NCBI GenBank assembly: GCA_963693365.1 | Contig: CAVNZM010000012.1 | Span: 3,690,792 to 3,754,791 of the forward strand | Direction: 5' to 3' | From: Amoebidium appalachense | Taxonomy: Eukaryota > Protista > Ichthyosporea | Length of the DNA: 64,000 nt | Shown here: piece by piece, positions 1 through 38,528 of the stretch | Layout of the letters: every line of letters starts with the position of its first letter | Position numbering within the stretch: position 1 is the stretch's first letter | The notes under the pieces: model-generated | Databases searched by the model: none | Told to the model about the DNA's origin: nothing | What the model saw: only the letters and a program-made list of their open reading frames with translations | Program-made: the position numbers and the translations under genes

Positions 1-154
1 TCCCGGGTGCCCTCCCACTCCGAGGGAACCCCACCCCGTCCCTATGTGCTTTGGTCTACACACAGGCACTGAGAACCAAAAATAAAAAAGTATCCCTCAT
101 TCCCTTGAAACATCCCCCCCTCCCCCCCTGCTCCTCCTCCTCCCCACCCTTCCC

Positions 155-239
<85 letters not shown>

Positions 240-677
240 CCTTTCCCCCCTTCCACGAAGCTCCACCTGTTCCTTGCCGTTGCCTTCCCCTTGTCTTTTC
301 TTAGGGCCCCACCACAACATGTCCAACCTCAATGCACATCCTCTTCTCCTCCCCAGGAGCTATGAAAATTTGTGCAAGTACTTTCTGGCTTTTTTTCTTT
401 TTTTGTCTTTTTCCGCACCTACCCGCCTTCAATTCCCCACCCACCCACCCACCCACCCGTCCCCTGTTTTCCTTTCCTGGCATCAACATGCACTCTTTCC
501 TTCCTTTCCTTCTACCCTTTTTTTTTTTTTTTTTTTTTCCCCTTCTTCTTCTCCTACCCCACTTTCCCATATGACATTATATACGTTTTTCTCCCTCTCT
601 TCTTTACCTTTTCGTCTTTTAACACCTCACACCCCCCCAGGCCCATCACCTTTACGAATCCACCTCCCGGTACACAG

Positions 678-3965
<3,288 letters not shown>

Positions 3966-4504
3966 ATCCGAAAATTTCCTGCAAATTTCACAGTAATGGA
4001 AGAAAATTCTTTTTTGTTTACTCCTGTTTTCTCGTACATGTCATACACACCTCAAAATTGTAAATTACTAATGATACAGTTTGAATACTGCCTTCATTTA
4101 CGTTGTTTCTCTCTTGTATGTTGTTACAATAAACAATTGATTTGTAAGTCTATGCCGCTGGATCTTAGAACTGTCCCCAAATTTACTGCTAAACTTCGGT
4201 CTTCACCTTGTTCGGCAGCTCTGCTGTTCGTTCTCTAGCATTGTGCCGCTATCATAGGTAGGTTTAAATCTGTATATCATCATTCACATACACTAGTCAG
4301 TTTAGAGGCCTATACATTGCGTAAAATCAATTTCTCGTTAACCCTACTTGACAATAAAAACTGTTGCAGTAGGCTGACATCGTCGTAGCACCCCCATCAT
4401 ATTTTGATTCTATACATTGGGCTAACCCTTCCTGTTTCATCATTCACAATAGTAGTTTGGTTTTTTTTTTTGTTTTTTTTGTTTGTTTTTTTTGTTTTTT
4501 GTTT

Positions 4505-4553
<49 letters not shown>

Positions 4554-5060
4554 CTGCCCATGTTATCTCGTTCTTGAACGGAAGACGTGGTGTGGGGGCA
4601 CTTTTGCGATGCGAAAAAGGCATCGTGTATAGAAATGCAAGTATATGTCAGTTTGTCCGGTGGCACCACACCAGTGGAGCGTGGTATTTTGAACATAATT
4701 CAGTAAACACAGCCATGTGCTTCTTGTACAAATATGCATGTCTGTGTGTGTGTACGTGCGTCGCGCGCCGTGCACGGCACATATGCTCCACGTGTGTGCG
4801 CAGGCGTGTGTGAGCGCGTAAATGTGCTCTTACGTGCCTGCATGAGAGTGTGTGTGCGCGTGCGTGTGTGCTTGCATGCATATGTGGTGTACGTGTGTGT
4901 TGCATTGCCAAGTATGCCCAAGTGCGAGAGCAAATGTCCAAATTCATCACAGGTGTCTGGCTGTTTGGGTCCCCATAATGGTGTGTAATTTGAAGGTATA
5001 TATACATGCGTCGATTCCAACCGTCTAATATTATTTCTTTCTTTCTTTCTTTTCTTTTTT

Positions 5061-5106
<46 letters not shown>

Positions 5107-5334
5107 TCAAACCAAGTCCGTGATGTAATGTTGACCCACGCGCACATGGCTGAAACTTATTATCAGGGCACAAGTAATGAACATGTGTATGTGATTATTG
5201 TCTTATTCCCTATATATCACCGTAGTTACCATGCATCTTAGTTATCATCTAATCCTGTTAGTTTGATGCCTTAATCCGATGCATTTATGCGTACCTACAT
5301 CTACTGTTTCGTGTATGTCACGCTGAAGTTACTG

Positions 5335-5387
<53 letters not shown>

Positions 5388-5906
5388 TTGAGGGAGGGTG
5401 ACAACTGGTAGCATGGTTATATATAGCAACACCTTTATTATGCCTCCTTTTTCCATCAAATCTTATTACAGAGAGATGCTTTCAAGAACACGTTCATACA
5501 GGAAGGCAAAGAAAAAACAAGGTCTGCAAGTAGCAGTAACTTAACGTACTGGCATCGGGTGTATTCGAATCTTCGGAAACTTTTTTTTAAACCACGTGTA
5601 CGAAATAACACAACATTTGCTCGCATTATGTACATTCTCAACTTGCAATGCACTTGTGCGCACGTGTGTTAAAGTTCTTCAGATACATCAGGGTTTCTGT
5701 TTGGTACCTAGTATATGCTCTAGGATCATCAAGGAAACAAACTTTCATTAATCACATGACCAGAACTACCATGTATCATCTTCAAAATTAAGGCCGTATT
5801 GACAGTGGGTGACTGTACACATTTTTTTTTGTGCCTCTTTGCCGAATGTGGTGTGTGCCCGTGTGTGAAAGGGGGGGGGGGGGGGGGGGGGGGGGGGCGG
5901 GGGGTC

Positions 5907-6913
5907 TTAAGCAGCAGCCACAACACCCTCCTTCTCCTTCTCGTTCTCCATACCAGCCCCGGGCGCAACCTCACGACACGGCCAGAGATAAACATTCATA
6001 GGACCCCCCGGGTAGAGAGTAATCGCCGAAAATGGCTGGATATCCTGTCCTGCGACCATCTCGACACTGTAATTCTGCACCAGCCTGGCCAAAAACAGTC
6101 TGTGCTCAGTCTGGGCAAACCTCCAGCCGACGCACATTTTCAGCCCGTGGCCGAACGGGAGATATGCGAACTTTCCGGCGTCTTCCGCGAGCCACCTCTC
6201 TGGTTCAAATTCCAAGGGGTTCGACCAATAGCGTGCGTCGCGGTGCATTCCATAGAGGTTGATCATGAGCTTGGTACCGGCGGCAATGTGGTGGCCGAGA
6301 ATCGTGACGTCACGGGATGTCTCGCGTGAGCTGTTGGGGGAGGGGGGGTGTTAGTATACGTGTGTGTTTGTGGGGCGGGGGGAGGGGGGGGGGGGGGGGG
6401 GGGGATGGAGGGTGGAGGAAGGGATGAGGACGGATGTGATTGGGTGGGCTCGTGTGTACGTGTGGATGTATTTACAACAGGCCATTTTGGAAGGAGGATA
6501 GAAAGGAAGAAAAGAAATAGAAGTTATGGGCGAGGAAGGGATGAGGGTTTGAGGGCTGTGTGTTGACTGGCTGAATGTTTTTTGTTACGGGGAGCTGGGA
6601 GGAGGAGGGTGGGGAGGGGGGGGGGGGGGGGGGGGGGAAGGGAGAGAGAGATTGGGGAGAAAAGGGCGGGAGGAGTAGGGGAGTGGGAAGAGGGAGGAGG
6701 TGGGGGGGGGGGGGGGGGGGGGGGGGCATGTAAGTACATACATGATGGGCGCGGGGGAGTAGATGCGCATGGTCTCCTTGATAAATGCCTCCAGATAGGG
6801 CTGTGGGGGAAGAAATAGGAATTGGTTAGTGCGTAGAAAAAGGGAGAAAGGAAAACGGGGGAAGACCGGGCGCAGGGGGGCGCGGGGGGGGGGGGGGGGG
6901 GGGGAGGGGGGAA

Positions 6914-6951
<38 letters not shown>

Positions 6952-7115
6952 GGACGCTCAGGTTTGAGAGAGGGAATTTCACAAGAATGCGATAGGGAAG
7001 GAAGAACGGGTATCACTAATAATCTTGGGAAGTGAAACAAAACTAAACAGGAAAAGACTTTAAGGAGGGTGGGGGGAAGGGAGGGAGTTGGGGGTGAGGG
7101 GGGGGGGCTGGGGAA

Positions 7116-7148
<33 letters not shown>

Positions 7149-9012
7149 AAAATACCATCTTCTGCACGTCGTCATATGTGGGCTTGCGGTCAGCACAGAC
7201 GGCGGCAATCTCCGTGCGCAGTTTGAGGGCCTTGGCTGGGTGCTGGGCTAGCATGTACACTAACCACATGGTGGTGGCCGACGTGGGTCCGTGGCCTGTA
7301 CCCATATAACCATATATGGTTAGTGAACCATATAATCATATATGTTGGCGTGACGGAAAGACAGAAACGGGGGGTAAATCAAAACGACTGAGGAAGAAAG
7401 ATAATCTGGTTGACAACCCTTGGGAGTGGTTCGGGCATGGGACAAGGGGCAAGGAAGGGAGAGGAAGACTGGGTGGGGCGGGGAGGGAGGGAGGGGAATG
7501 GGGGTCACTGTACCTGCGAGGTAGAACATCATGATCTCGTCCAGAATCTCCTGCTGGGTCAGGCCAGGCACACCCGTGGTCTTCTCCTCTACACGGGTGG
7601 CTAGCATCACGTCGAGCTGTGTGGTGATTGGCTGGTTAAAACTAACATGATAGGTGGTTGGCTGGACAAAAACTAACAAGGTTAGGTGGTTGGTCGTATG
7701 GTTGAACAATGAAAGTGAAAAAGCAGGGTGACAGTTGTGGTAGAGGAAGGGGGGGGGGGGGGGGGGGGGGGGGGTGGGACGGGGAGGGAGGTGAGGGAGG
7801 GAACCTCAGTGAAAGGATGTAACGTGGCAGGGGAGAGGGCATGGAAAGAGATCGATGGGGTCGGGGGGAGGGGGGGATGGAGGGGTGGATAGGTGCGTTT
7901 AGAAAGAGAAAGAAAAGAGATGGAAAAGGGGCTTGGGGGGAGGGGGGGGGTGGGGGGAGGGGGGAGGGGGGGGGATGAGTGGGGAGGGGGGGAGGGGGGA
8001 GGGGAAGAGTCATACCATGTCCTTCTTTTTGTCAGCCTGCTGTGGCAGGGGCATGCCATTGCTGTCCGTCTTCTTATCCAGTAGGCTGGCAACCAGAGCA
8101 TGAGCCTTGTTTAGGCAAGTGCGCCAGAGCGCATTCCCCTTAAAGATGATGGGCCACAGCCATGGGTAAGGAACCGGGCTGCGTTGAAGCAGACCCTTCC
8201 CGACCTCCTTTAAGTATTCCTCGTGCCGCGCACCCTCGTTAAAGTCGGTGCCGAAAGCGGATTTGCCGATTACGTTCATGCCAAAGGATCGCATCTCGTG
8301 GACCATTTCGATTGGCTGGCCCTTGGGAACGGGACCCGTGCTCAGTTTGTGTTCGAAGCCGTCCATCTCTCTGCGAGAAGAAACCTTGTAAGGAAAAATC
8401 CCCTTCGGTCTGAGACAGTTTCTAAGCAAAGTTGCACATAACTCCAATTTCAGTGGATTTTTTCTACCTTGCCTGGCGTTCACAGGTTGTGAAGGAGATT
8501 AGGAGAGTGGAATGTGCTTGTTTTCTGTGTGTGTGTGTGTGTGTGCGGAGATGGAGGGGAAGGGTGGGATTTGGGGGTGTTGGGGGGGCGGGGGGAGGGG
8601 GTTGGGGGGGGGGGGGGGGGGGTAAATACTTACGTGCTGACACAGTCGTGAATGTAGCGCAGCTGTGCGGTTGAGAAAAGAGGAGTCAAGAGCTTGCGGT
8701 GGCGCTTGTGTGCATCCCCTTTGAGCGCAAGAAGACCATTCGTTGCAACCTGCCAATCAAACGTCAGCAAACCCCATATGCGGCGCAGAATCATGCCCAC
8801 GTGTGTAGAAGTGCATTTAGTGCATTCAGTGGAAACAGGTTGTATGGACTATAAAAAATGATTGCCTAAGTGTATGTGCTTTTTGGGTTGGAGGGGCCCC
8901 GAAGGGGGGGGGGGGGGGTCTAAATGGCGTCGGACGAGGCAGGTAGATGACGGATGTGGGCGGGAAGGGGGGGGGGGGGGGGGGGAAGGGGCAGGAGGTT
9001 TGTTGTGTGTAT

Positions 9013-9058
<46 letters not shown>

Positions 9059-9789
9059 CAACCTCGCCAAAAACCTTTCCCATAGCCTTCGACATGGGGT
9101 ACGTTTCCGTGTCGGAGAGGATCATCTTTATGGCTTCATATTCGCTAATTACAATGAGGTTCTTGTTGAGGAGGGGGAAGGAGTAGATGGGCCCGAGTGT
9201 GTTGCCCCACTGCGTGAGTGTCTTGTAGAGTGTGCCCTTCTTGATCATTTCTTGGTACTCGAAGAATAGCCCTAGAAGCTGCGTGTGTGTGCAGGAAGTG
9301 GATGTTAGTGGTGTTTAAGAAAACGGTTGAACTGAATGATATAATCATCTTACAGTTATAATATGTTCTATTAACTGCACCTCAGCTATCAACGTTACTG
9401 TATGCTTTCCACATGCTGGCATATTATGATATTTGCTGGGGTAACAACATATAGTGTCTTTGTCTGCAGTAGATTATTGCTGTGCAGTTTGATAAAGAAG
9501 CACAACTGCTCATGCACACACAGTTGTTCAGCACAAAAACATAGTGCCGTGCCAGAAAACTTAAAAAGAAACCTCAATTAGATCCGTTGTTAATTTGTGG
9601 TTATATTAGATCAATGAACACAAAGTTTAACAAGCTGAGTCGTTGCGCACACGGATATTCAAAGGCACATCTACCCACCTTGTTTGTGGATGGAACGAAC
9701 GGCATGCCGGCAGGAAGGGAAGGGCGGAGGAGCGACTTGCAAAGCCAAATGGCCGAAAGAACGGCCACAACAACAAGACCCAGCAGCAT
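5907..9789 (-). CDS. Cytochrome P450 (about 8 exons)
   Basis: N-terminal anchor MLLGLVVVAVLSAIWLC, I-helix FYLAGHGPTSATT, K-helix KETMR (ExxR), FEPERW, and heme motif FGHGLKMCVG (FxxGxxxCxG). Exons are bounded by GT/AG. Confidence 0.93.
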
Positions 9790-10209
9790 TTCCGGTGTGT
9801 GCCTAATCTCACTATAGAGCTTACGTTTTTTTCTTGAGGTTACTTTTCTGCCTATAACCCGGGTGATTCGAAATCCTAAGGCAGGTGTGTGTTGTGTGTT
9901 CATACGTGGTGAATTCCAAATTAAAGAAGTCAGCCTACGTATTCTTGGATTATCTTCACTGCTTACACGGGAGGAGTAAATATGCAATGCTTGTAATAAA
10001 AAAGGCACATGTGGCACTTAAGCGATATGCTGATATATTTTAAGGAAGCACACACCGATGCAAATTTTGAGGTTCAAACGAACAGAATTCTGATCTGGTC
10101 GTGGTGTGGGAATGGCTTTATATACTATCGGACTGCTTCAAGGCTAAGCGATCCTATTGGTCAAACAAAATTCCTGACAACCGATTGGGTGCTTTTGAAG
10201 CGAGTGGCG

Positions 10210-10534
10210 CCGGGGTGTGGCAGAGCCTCAACGACTTGACTTGACTTATGGTTATAATTGTTTGCTCGGTTTGATGACTTGACTTGACTTGAAGTCGCGA
10301 CTTGGAGGGGCAATATTTTTAGTAACTCCTCCGGCCCACCAGTGGCCGGCTGGGCCACGGGCGGGCATTGCGCCCCCCCCTTCCAACCCACCCTCATATG
10401 CTTTCCCACCCCAAGCCCCCCTCCCCCCTTCAAGTCACTCCTATGTCAGGCCTCGTGCCCTGACTTGACTTGGTTGATGTCAGGGTGCTTGGTGACTTCA
10501 AGTCGCAACTTGAAGTCAAGTCGCCACACCCCTG
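10210..10534. mobile_element. Degenerate MITE-like element
   Basis: Terminal inverted repeats CCGGGGTGTGGC / GCCACACCCCTG and internal GACTTGACTT / AAGTCAAGTC subterminal repeats. No matching TSD was found. Confidence 0.45.
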
Positions 10535-11265
10535 GCCGGGAATCGGGATGAGTACAATAAAATAAAAACCTACAAGCATGCATATATGCTCAAGGGAAGC
10601 GCAGGGTTAGCCTTAATCAAAAAGCGAGTTGGTTCATATTTTCGTACATATATAGAATCGTATGTACACCAGATTTTGTTGATGATTTGAATTTTGAATG
10701 GAGAATTGGAAACGTGATATCAGATTTTATTAGATTGCCTTGAACTTGAGCCCGTTTTTCAGGCAAATCCATTTATATCACCGGAAGTAGATATTTGATT
10801 ACAGAAAGGTAATATTTAACAAATGAAAACCGAAAAGGGGCAAAGCTCGATGGTTGTTAATTGCTACTTGAATACAATAACAGAAGTCGACGACGACGGT
10901 ATTACAGTAAAAACTGAAACATTCGAGGATTTCCGATTGGACCGGTTGCTGAACCGCCATCTGATTTATAAGGTCTAAATTTAGATGGCCCAATCAAATG
11001 GAAGTAAACTAAATTAGAAGTCTGCGTCATATGACGTCAAAGATCTGGTATTTGTGACGTCATTTTAAAAAGTTGTTTTTCCAATTTGCAGGAATAATTG
11101 GGTACACATTTTTGAACTAATCATTCAACTCATTTCTCTAGTGCACCCACACAGCTGCTTGTTCTGTATCTTTTTTCGTTTTGTTTTTGTTTGTTCGAGA
11201 ACATTCGCTTCTTCCCACTTCACATTCCCACCCACGTGCTCCCCTCTTTCTTCTTAGCCACCACC

Positions 11266-15753
<4,488 letters not shown>

Positions 15754-15962
15754 ATTTAAAATGTTAATGCCAAATTTAGATGACACTTTGTAATGTATGG
15801 GTGGATGGGTGGCGCGGTGGAGTGAGTAGTTAATATATACTCGTAGCTGTGTTGTCTGTGGATCATAAGAGCTTTGTGTCCCAGGTCTGTAATCTGTTTA
15901 CTTGTACCGTGGTATTTATGGTGTACATTTCGCTGTACATACTCCTTCTGTGCTCATGCTGT

Positions 15963-16013
<51 letters not shown>

Positions 16014-16141
16014 CTTCCTTCAAACACACATAACAAAGACATGCACACACGCCCGCCTATAAAGGCCAATCCCCGTCCCATCTTCCCCCCCCCCCCCCCC
16101 CCCCCCCCCCCGTACTTCGTACCGTGTTCCGCATTCAACCC

Positions 16142-16214
<73 letters not shown>

Positions 16215-16978
16215 TTCTTAAATTTGTCTTACCGTTTTGTGGGCAAGTGAAATGTCTACAAACGATGCACACAATGTGACACCAACATACACACAGTGGT
16301 ACTGTACTATTCCCTGCTTTATGCGTTTCAACATTTGCCAATTGCAGCACGGTGCGGTTTGTTCTTGCAGGCTTTTGTGGCCCGCTTATTAGGATGTGCG
16401 ACTGTGCCATCACCAGGCTCTCGATCCCCGCCTTTTTATTATCTTTTTCTTTTCTTTTCTTTTTTTTTCCCTTGATTTTTTGTTTCATTGTTTCCGTTTG
16501 TTTTGTCTTTTTTGACTCTGGCCCCTTGTTTCCTTTCATTCTTTATAGTGGCAACGAAACAACTGATCTTCTCTGTGTTGTTCGAACGAAGTGCATGTTC
16601 TATCTTAGCCCCACCACTGAGTTCTTCAGCCATTTCCCATCTCTGATAAGGAATAAAGAACCCAAAGGCTTCATTATGACATTGCAGTGAACCACGAAAT
16701 TCATGCCCCCCCTCCCCCCGGCCCCTCCCGCCTCCGCGTGGGCCCCCTCCTCCCCTGCGCACCCGAGGGGCCCTCCACACACACACACGTACACATACAC
16801 ACGCACACAGACACACACACAAACAAACACACACACACACCACTACCACCACCTTCCACCTCCCGACCGGTCACCACCGTGTGGCACCACCACGCAAAGT
16901 GATGACGTGGCCACAAAACCAACAAATAACCTTGCAAAACTAAAAAAAAGAAAATTTAAAAATTAAGAGGCCACGGGG

Positions 16979-17029
<51 letters not shown>

Positions 17030-18420
17030 AGGTCAAATCCATATTAATCCAATTGCAACTAGGTTTTTTGAACGAGCCGTTTTTTGTGGAGTGTGTAGTA
17101 GCGTGCGCATTCAATTTGATCACGCGAAGGTGCCAAACACGTGAAGTGCACACCAAGCGGCATGCGTGCACATGGGCTGCGCGGATATCTTGGCAATTCT
17201 GATTATGGTCCATGGCTTGGGACCCCATCGAATTGATGAGTTGCACATGCTGGTATATTGTGCTTTGAAACTAGTTATCGATAGGCTGTAAATCTTCACG
17301 ATAGAAAAAAAATCGTTCAACCCCACATCTACTAGCCTCAATCAGGCCATCTGCACACAGGATCCTACTCGAGGTGTGTGTTCACAGCGTAAGTAATGGT
17401 GCAAAATGGCCAAATCATTATGGTCTTCATACAGTCATAAAACGAGTGCTCTGTCAAGTTTTCCGTTTCAAACAAAGAGCTGGAGAATGAGAATATTACA
17501 GGCCTGAGTACGGATGGACGTGGGTGCCCTCACAATAAATATAACTCTGTCGTTGCCAACTAGCGAGGTCACGAAGACTGCCTGCTCTTGTCCAGGCTGC
17601 CCGTACATGTGTAAACAAAAAAGACTACCTAAAAAGGCAAAAAAGGAAACCGGTGAGAAGGCTACGCATACAGGCTTTTATATCTTATCTTTCATTGGGT
17701 GAGTCTATACCAATTTGGGCCAACACAGGCAGGTGCACGTGCAAGTGTGGATTCTCAGCTCGACCGGGCCCGTTTAAAATATCTCTCTCTGCCAGCACAT
17801 CCTAGAATAGACTTCTATGTGTTTCCCCATGTAAGCTGGAATTCAAGGGAAAGTATGTACGTATGCGGGCAATGGACATTGGACAATCGGGAGCGCTACT
17901 GTAGGAGGCATGGCTACGGATTCAAATTTAAAAGACAGCTTTGATTTGGTTAAGGTCATGAGCTGTTATTATAACATGCCTGAGATTCCACAACAGAGCC
18001 GGCCTCTTCGGTCAGCAGGTGCCTGGTTGTCTTTCGAGCTCTTGGACTTTTTCTAGCAGAAATATGCGCTAAGAACGAGAGAAGTAACTTTTTTCTTCAC
18101 ATTTTCTTCTTACTGGTGAATGGTTCACCTCCTATTCCTTTTTAAACAAAAAGAAGTTTACGCTGTCGGATCCTGCGCAGGCTGATTTAGATCCCGGCAT
18201 GTGCGGGTATAGTGCACTATCACTTGATTGGCTGTTGAATGTAAAATCCTTTTTGATTGGTCGTCCGTTACAGTGTGGTCAGATCCCTCGGAACAAAAAG
18301 CGGCGACTTAGCCATTTTGCTCACTTTCTCCCTTTTTTTTTTATGCCGAGGAAGGAGGGGGTTCCTTCCCTTTTTCATTCACCCGCCACACGACAAAAGG
18401 GGTGAGCAGACGAACGAACA

Positions 18421-25477
<7,057 letters not shown>

Positions 25478-27358
25478 AATTCCGCCCACGATTAATAAGC
25501 CCCCCCCTTTCCGAAAGGGTTTGAGTTTATGAGTTTAGTTTAAGCTTTGGCACTCCCCCTAGTTTGGGGATTGGTAAAATGGAGATGGAGGTTCTTTTGT
25601 AGGTTGCTAGGGGGGTTTTTTTTAACGTTTTTCTGGTGTGGGTGGTTAAATGAACGTTTGTGTTTGTAGGCAACAAAGTGAACGCAAGCACTTTTGCGCC
25701 TTTATAGTCTTGGTTGCATAGCCTGGAATATTATTTTTCAGGTTTGAAAGATAAGACAAACCTACCACGGAAGTGCCATTTTTCCTTCCTATTTGCCGTG
25801 TATTTTCATACTTAGATTCATAGGCCAAAACATAGGGCTGTCCTCTGTGTAGTAATAAAACACTTCTGGCTTCTAGGCGATTGGATCGAAAATTGGGTAC
25901 ATACTGTGCATTACTTACGTAATCATGAGTGTTGTGAATCTGGTTTGCATACAGTCCCCCGGAGTCCCCCCCCCCCCCCCCCCCCCCCCCACTACCCCCC
26001 TCCCCCACCTCCCCCCTCCCACCTCCACCCCACCTGCCCCCCCGTCCTCCCTCACCTACCCACACACCCACCCACTCGTTATCAAACCTACCCTCCTCTT
26101 TCACACATGTACAAAGATGACACCCCTGGCTACCATATCATCATCGATCACTGCACGAACCTACACCCGTTTTTTTTTCTTTTTTTGCCATTTCTCGTTT
26201 CAAATGATGCAAGATGGTGACTATCGGTATTATCACGCACCAGCAAAGGGTGACGTATATATATAATCCGTGCAGTCTGTGCCAAAACAAGGATCTGCCA
26301 GAAACGAGCGATGCTTCGCGTCTTACACCAGCATCCGACCGTAGAGTATGTGGCATAGCGCTCCCGGTCACACATTTATCGGGCCGGCCAGGTGTACAGT
26401 CCGTCCCATAACAATAACACCGTGAACTAGTTTCCTCCCCCCACTCTACCCAAATCCTCCCTGCATTCACACATGCCACATGTGCAGTGCGCAAAGTCAC
26501 TAAGCACCCTTGGGCAATGTAATGGCTTGATTTCCGTGCCTTAAAAGTGATCTGACACATCATAATCATACAAGTATCAGCAGGGCGGCCTGCCCGGTAT
26601 CCGCATACATGAAAAACTATTAATCAGTACCTGTTTGGTGCAAGCAGCACACAGAACCACACGAATCATGGCACACATCGTCATACATGGGAAACATACT
26701 CTCACTCACACTGTTGAATGTCTAGCTATAGCTATAGAAAAGGAAAAAAGCTGGGGTCCCCGGGGAGGGGGGGGGGGGGGGAGGGGGGGGGGGGGCGGAG
26801 GGGGTTGGCTGAAGGAACACCCATGCTGCAACAAATGACATCATCATCATAATAAGTATTCTACATGTTGGAAAATAGCGCTAATATTAGTCACCACAAC
26901 TTTGTATCCTCGATAGATCCCGGGGAGGGGCGAACCCTAAATGCGGCGAGAAGCACCATATGCTGCTGGGTCATCTTAGGCAGGCAGATGGGAGGTACAC
27001 GTGCGTATGTGTCTTTTTTTTTTGGGGGGGGGGGGGGGGGGGGAGGAGGGGGGGGGGGGGGCAGTGTTCCTGGAAAGCATCATCCGTGGTTCAAACAGTT
27101 TGAATTTTGTTTACTTGCACTGTGTTTGTCTGTGCTTCAGTTTTCGGTAGGACAAAGGCTTGGCCAGTGTACATAATGCACCACTACCGGATGCACACGG
27201 TTTACGAAGACTCTTAAGATAACACTGCTTGTTTCTGATGATTTATTAGCATCGTACCAGTCTATGTAGCAACTAACTAACCTCACTACGATGCAGAAGG
27301 AAGTAAAAGCCGCACCGTGCGTGTGTGCGTACTTTAGTGTGTGTGCGTGCGTGTGTGT

Positions 27359-27425
<67 letters not shown>

Positions 27426-27686
27426 ACGTGCATACGTGTGTACGCGAGTACATGCCTGTGAAACGAGCGTGTCCATTCCACCAATCAAATCCGTTTTCTG
27501 CTCTTCTTCTACGGGAATACCATCATCACTACCTTCCCTCACCTTACATTCCATATCAACCATATATACACCTTAAAAATCCTGCACAGAGCAGGTCCAG
27601 CACCGATTTGGTTACTAAGTAATCGTGGTGCTCATCACCTACTAATTAGCAGTCATCCATGTGTAACCACCACAACCTCGGGGAGG

Positions 27687-27718
<32 letters not shown>

Positions 27719-28162
27719 AGGAGGGGGAGGAGGGGGGAAGGGGGGGGGGGGGGGGGGGGGGGGGGAAAGAAAAAAAAGAAAAAAAAAGGGAAAAAAAATT
27801 GATAAACAGGCACCACTGGGCCAAAAATAAAAATTACAAGGCAACCATTTTCCAAATGGTTACATACCAGGTCGACGTCATTGCAATTCTCCTCTTGCCG
27901 ATTGCGTCTCTCAGTACACCTATCACTCTCCGAAAACCTGCCATATATCCATGTTCATATCAATCCGTACCATTTTTACATACAGATTGCAGGAGAACTC
28001 GCGTTTCATATGTTTCACCAGCAGTTCAGCCAAAAAAAACCCCCCCCCCCCGAAAAAAAAACTCAAACAGACCACCTCAAACCGGGCAGCCTTTCGCCCC
28101 GTCCCACGGAAAAGCCGTCCCGTTCAATTGCGATCCCGTCGGCAAATTTCCATTGCTGCTCG

Positions 28163-37307
<9,145 letters not shown>

Positions 37308-38302
37308 TAATTAAAATTCTTACTGAAACTAAAGGTAACTCCTGTTCAAATAACGCTGACAAAATTTCCCTCCTTCAGTGGTGTTTTATGCTGACACTAC
37401 CGTTTGTTGACCAAACAACCACAGGAATCGAGAGAGTAAAGAAGAAAAGATCAATGTTTCAAACTCAGGCGCCGGAAGGAAGAATCAGTGTGTGTGGGAA
37501 GCGCAATTGCCCGTTTCCTGATATGTGCAAAAAAACCAAACACAAGGTATGCTCATCTAACGAAGGTTTGAAGTGTGTAGGAAATAGGGTCTCAAGAGTG
37601 ACAATCTAAGAAGCTAGTGTTCTTCCCGACTTAAGGCCGTCAGTAATCGCACGGTTTACTTCTCCGTTTCCGTACTGCTGAAACGTACACGGATCGTTCC
37701 CATGACCTTTGAAGATTCTTCAAAAAACAACGTTGAAAAATGATACAGCTCGAATTTTGGCCCTTCTTTTTTTATGTTCCTGTATGCTCGGCCATAAACC
37801 CCAAACCACGCTATAGAGGAGCTTGAACACACGAGGGCACCGACGTTGAGTTTTGGCTTTCTCGTGGCTCGGAGCGCATTGGAGTCATGGCATTCCAGAT
37901 CAAGTTGTGGGGGGTGCAATATTCGAATTTCAAAAATTCTTCTCTTGGTAAAGTTCAGCTAACGTAGATGTTAGAGGCTAAAAAATACTATATTATACAA
38001 TATGTTAAAGTATTTGATGAATAAATAATTATTTACCGTATTATAAGAAATCATCTCTTGGCGTAAAGAACAACATTATTGATCACACTGCACAGTGTTC
38101 TAGAATCTAGATTTCGAGATATTTGCTCACATCCAGATTCAAGAAGGCTGCTGAAGGTCTAGGGTGATTGAGGCAATTTCTTATCTCCATGTCTGTATTG
38201 GCGGAGACGTAATCACCATCAGCTGCTGATTGGATAAGATTTCCTTGCTAATTTGATTGGATAATAGTGCACCATGCTACAAGTAAACTTGAAAGATGGG
38301 AC

Positions 38303-38528
38303 CAGGGTGTGAAATTTGTTTTTGGCTGGTGCCATTTTGGTGCCTTTCCACCAGCCTGGATGGCCCTAACAGAGCCAACAACCGTTTTTGGGCGTATTTT
38401 CTTATAGATTTGGCTCTGTTAGGGCCAATTTTTGGAAAATTGATGGACCTAACCTCAAAAAGTTAGGGACAATATTCGGACTTTTAGGGGCAATTTTCTG
38501 GCCGTTAACCCCCTAATTTCACAGCCTG
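38303..38528. mobile_element. Non-autonomous hAT-type MITE (226 bp)
   Basis: TIRs CAGGGTGTGAAATT / AATTTCACAGCCTG (1 mismatch). Perfect 8-bp TSD GATGGGAC at 38295-38302 and 38529-38536. Internal inverted repeat GGCCCTAACAGAGCCAA / TTGGCTCTGTTAGGGCC. Confidence 0.85.

Noticed and set aside
26140-27920. Possible extra kinase exons (KA1 domain)
   Set aside because: Some AG/GT-bounded segments exist, but I could not assemble a convincing frame or motif.
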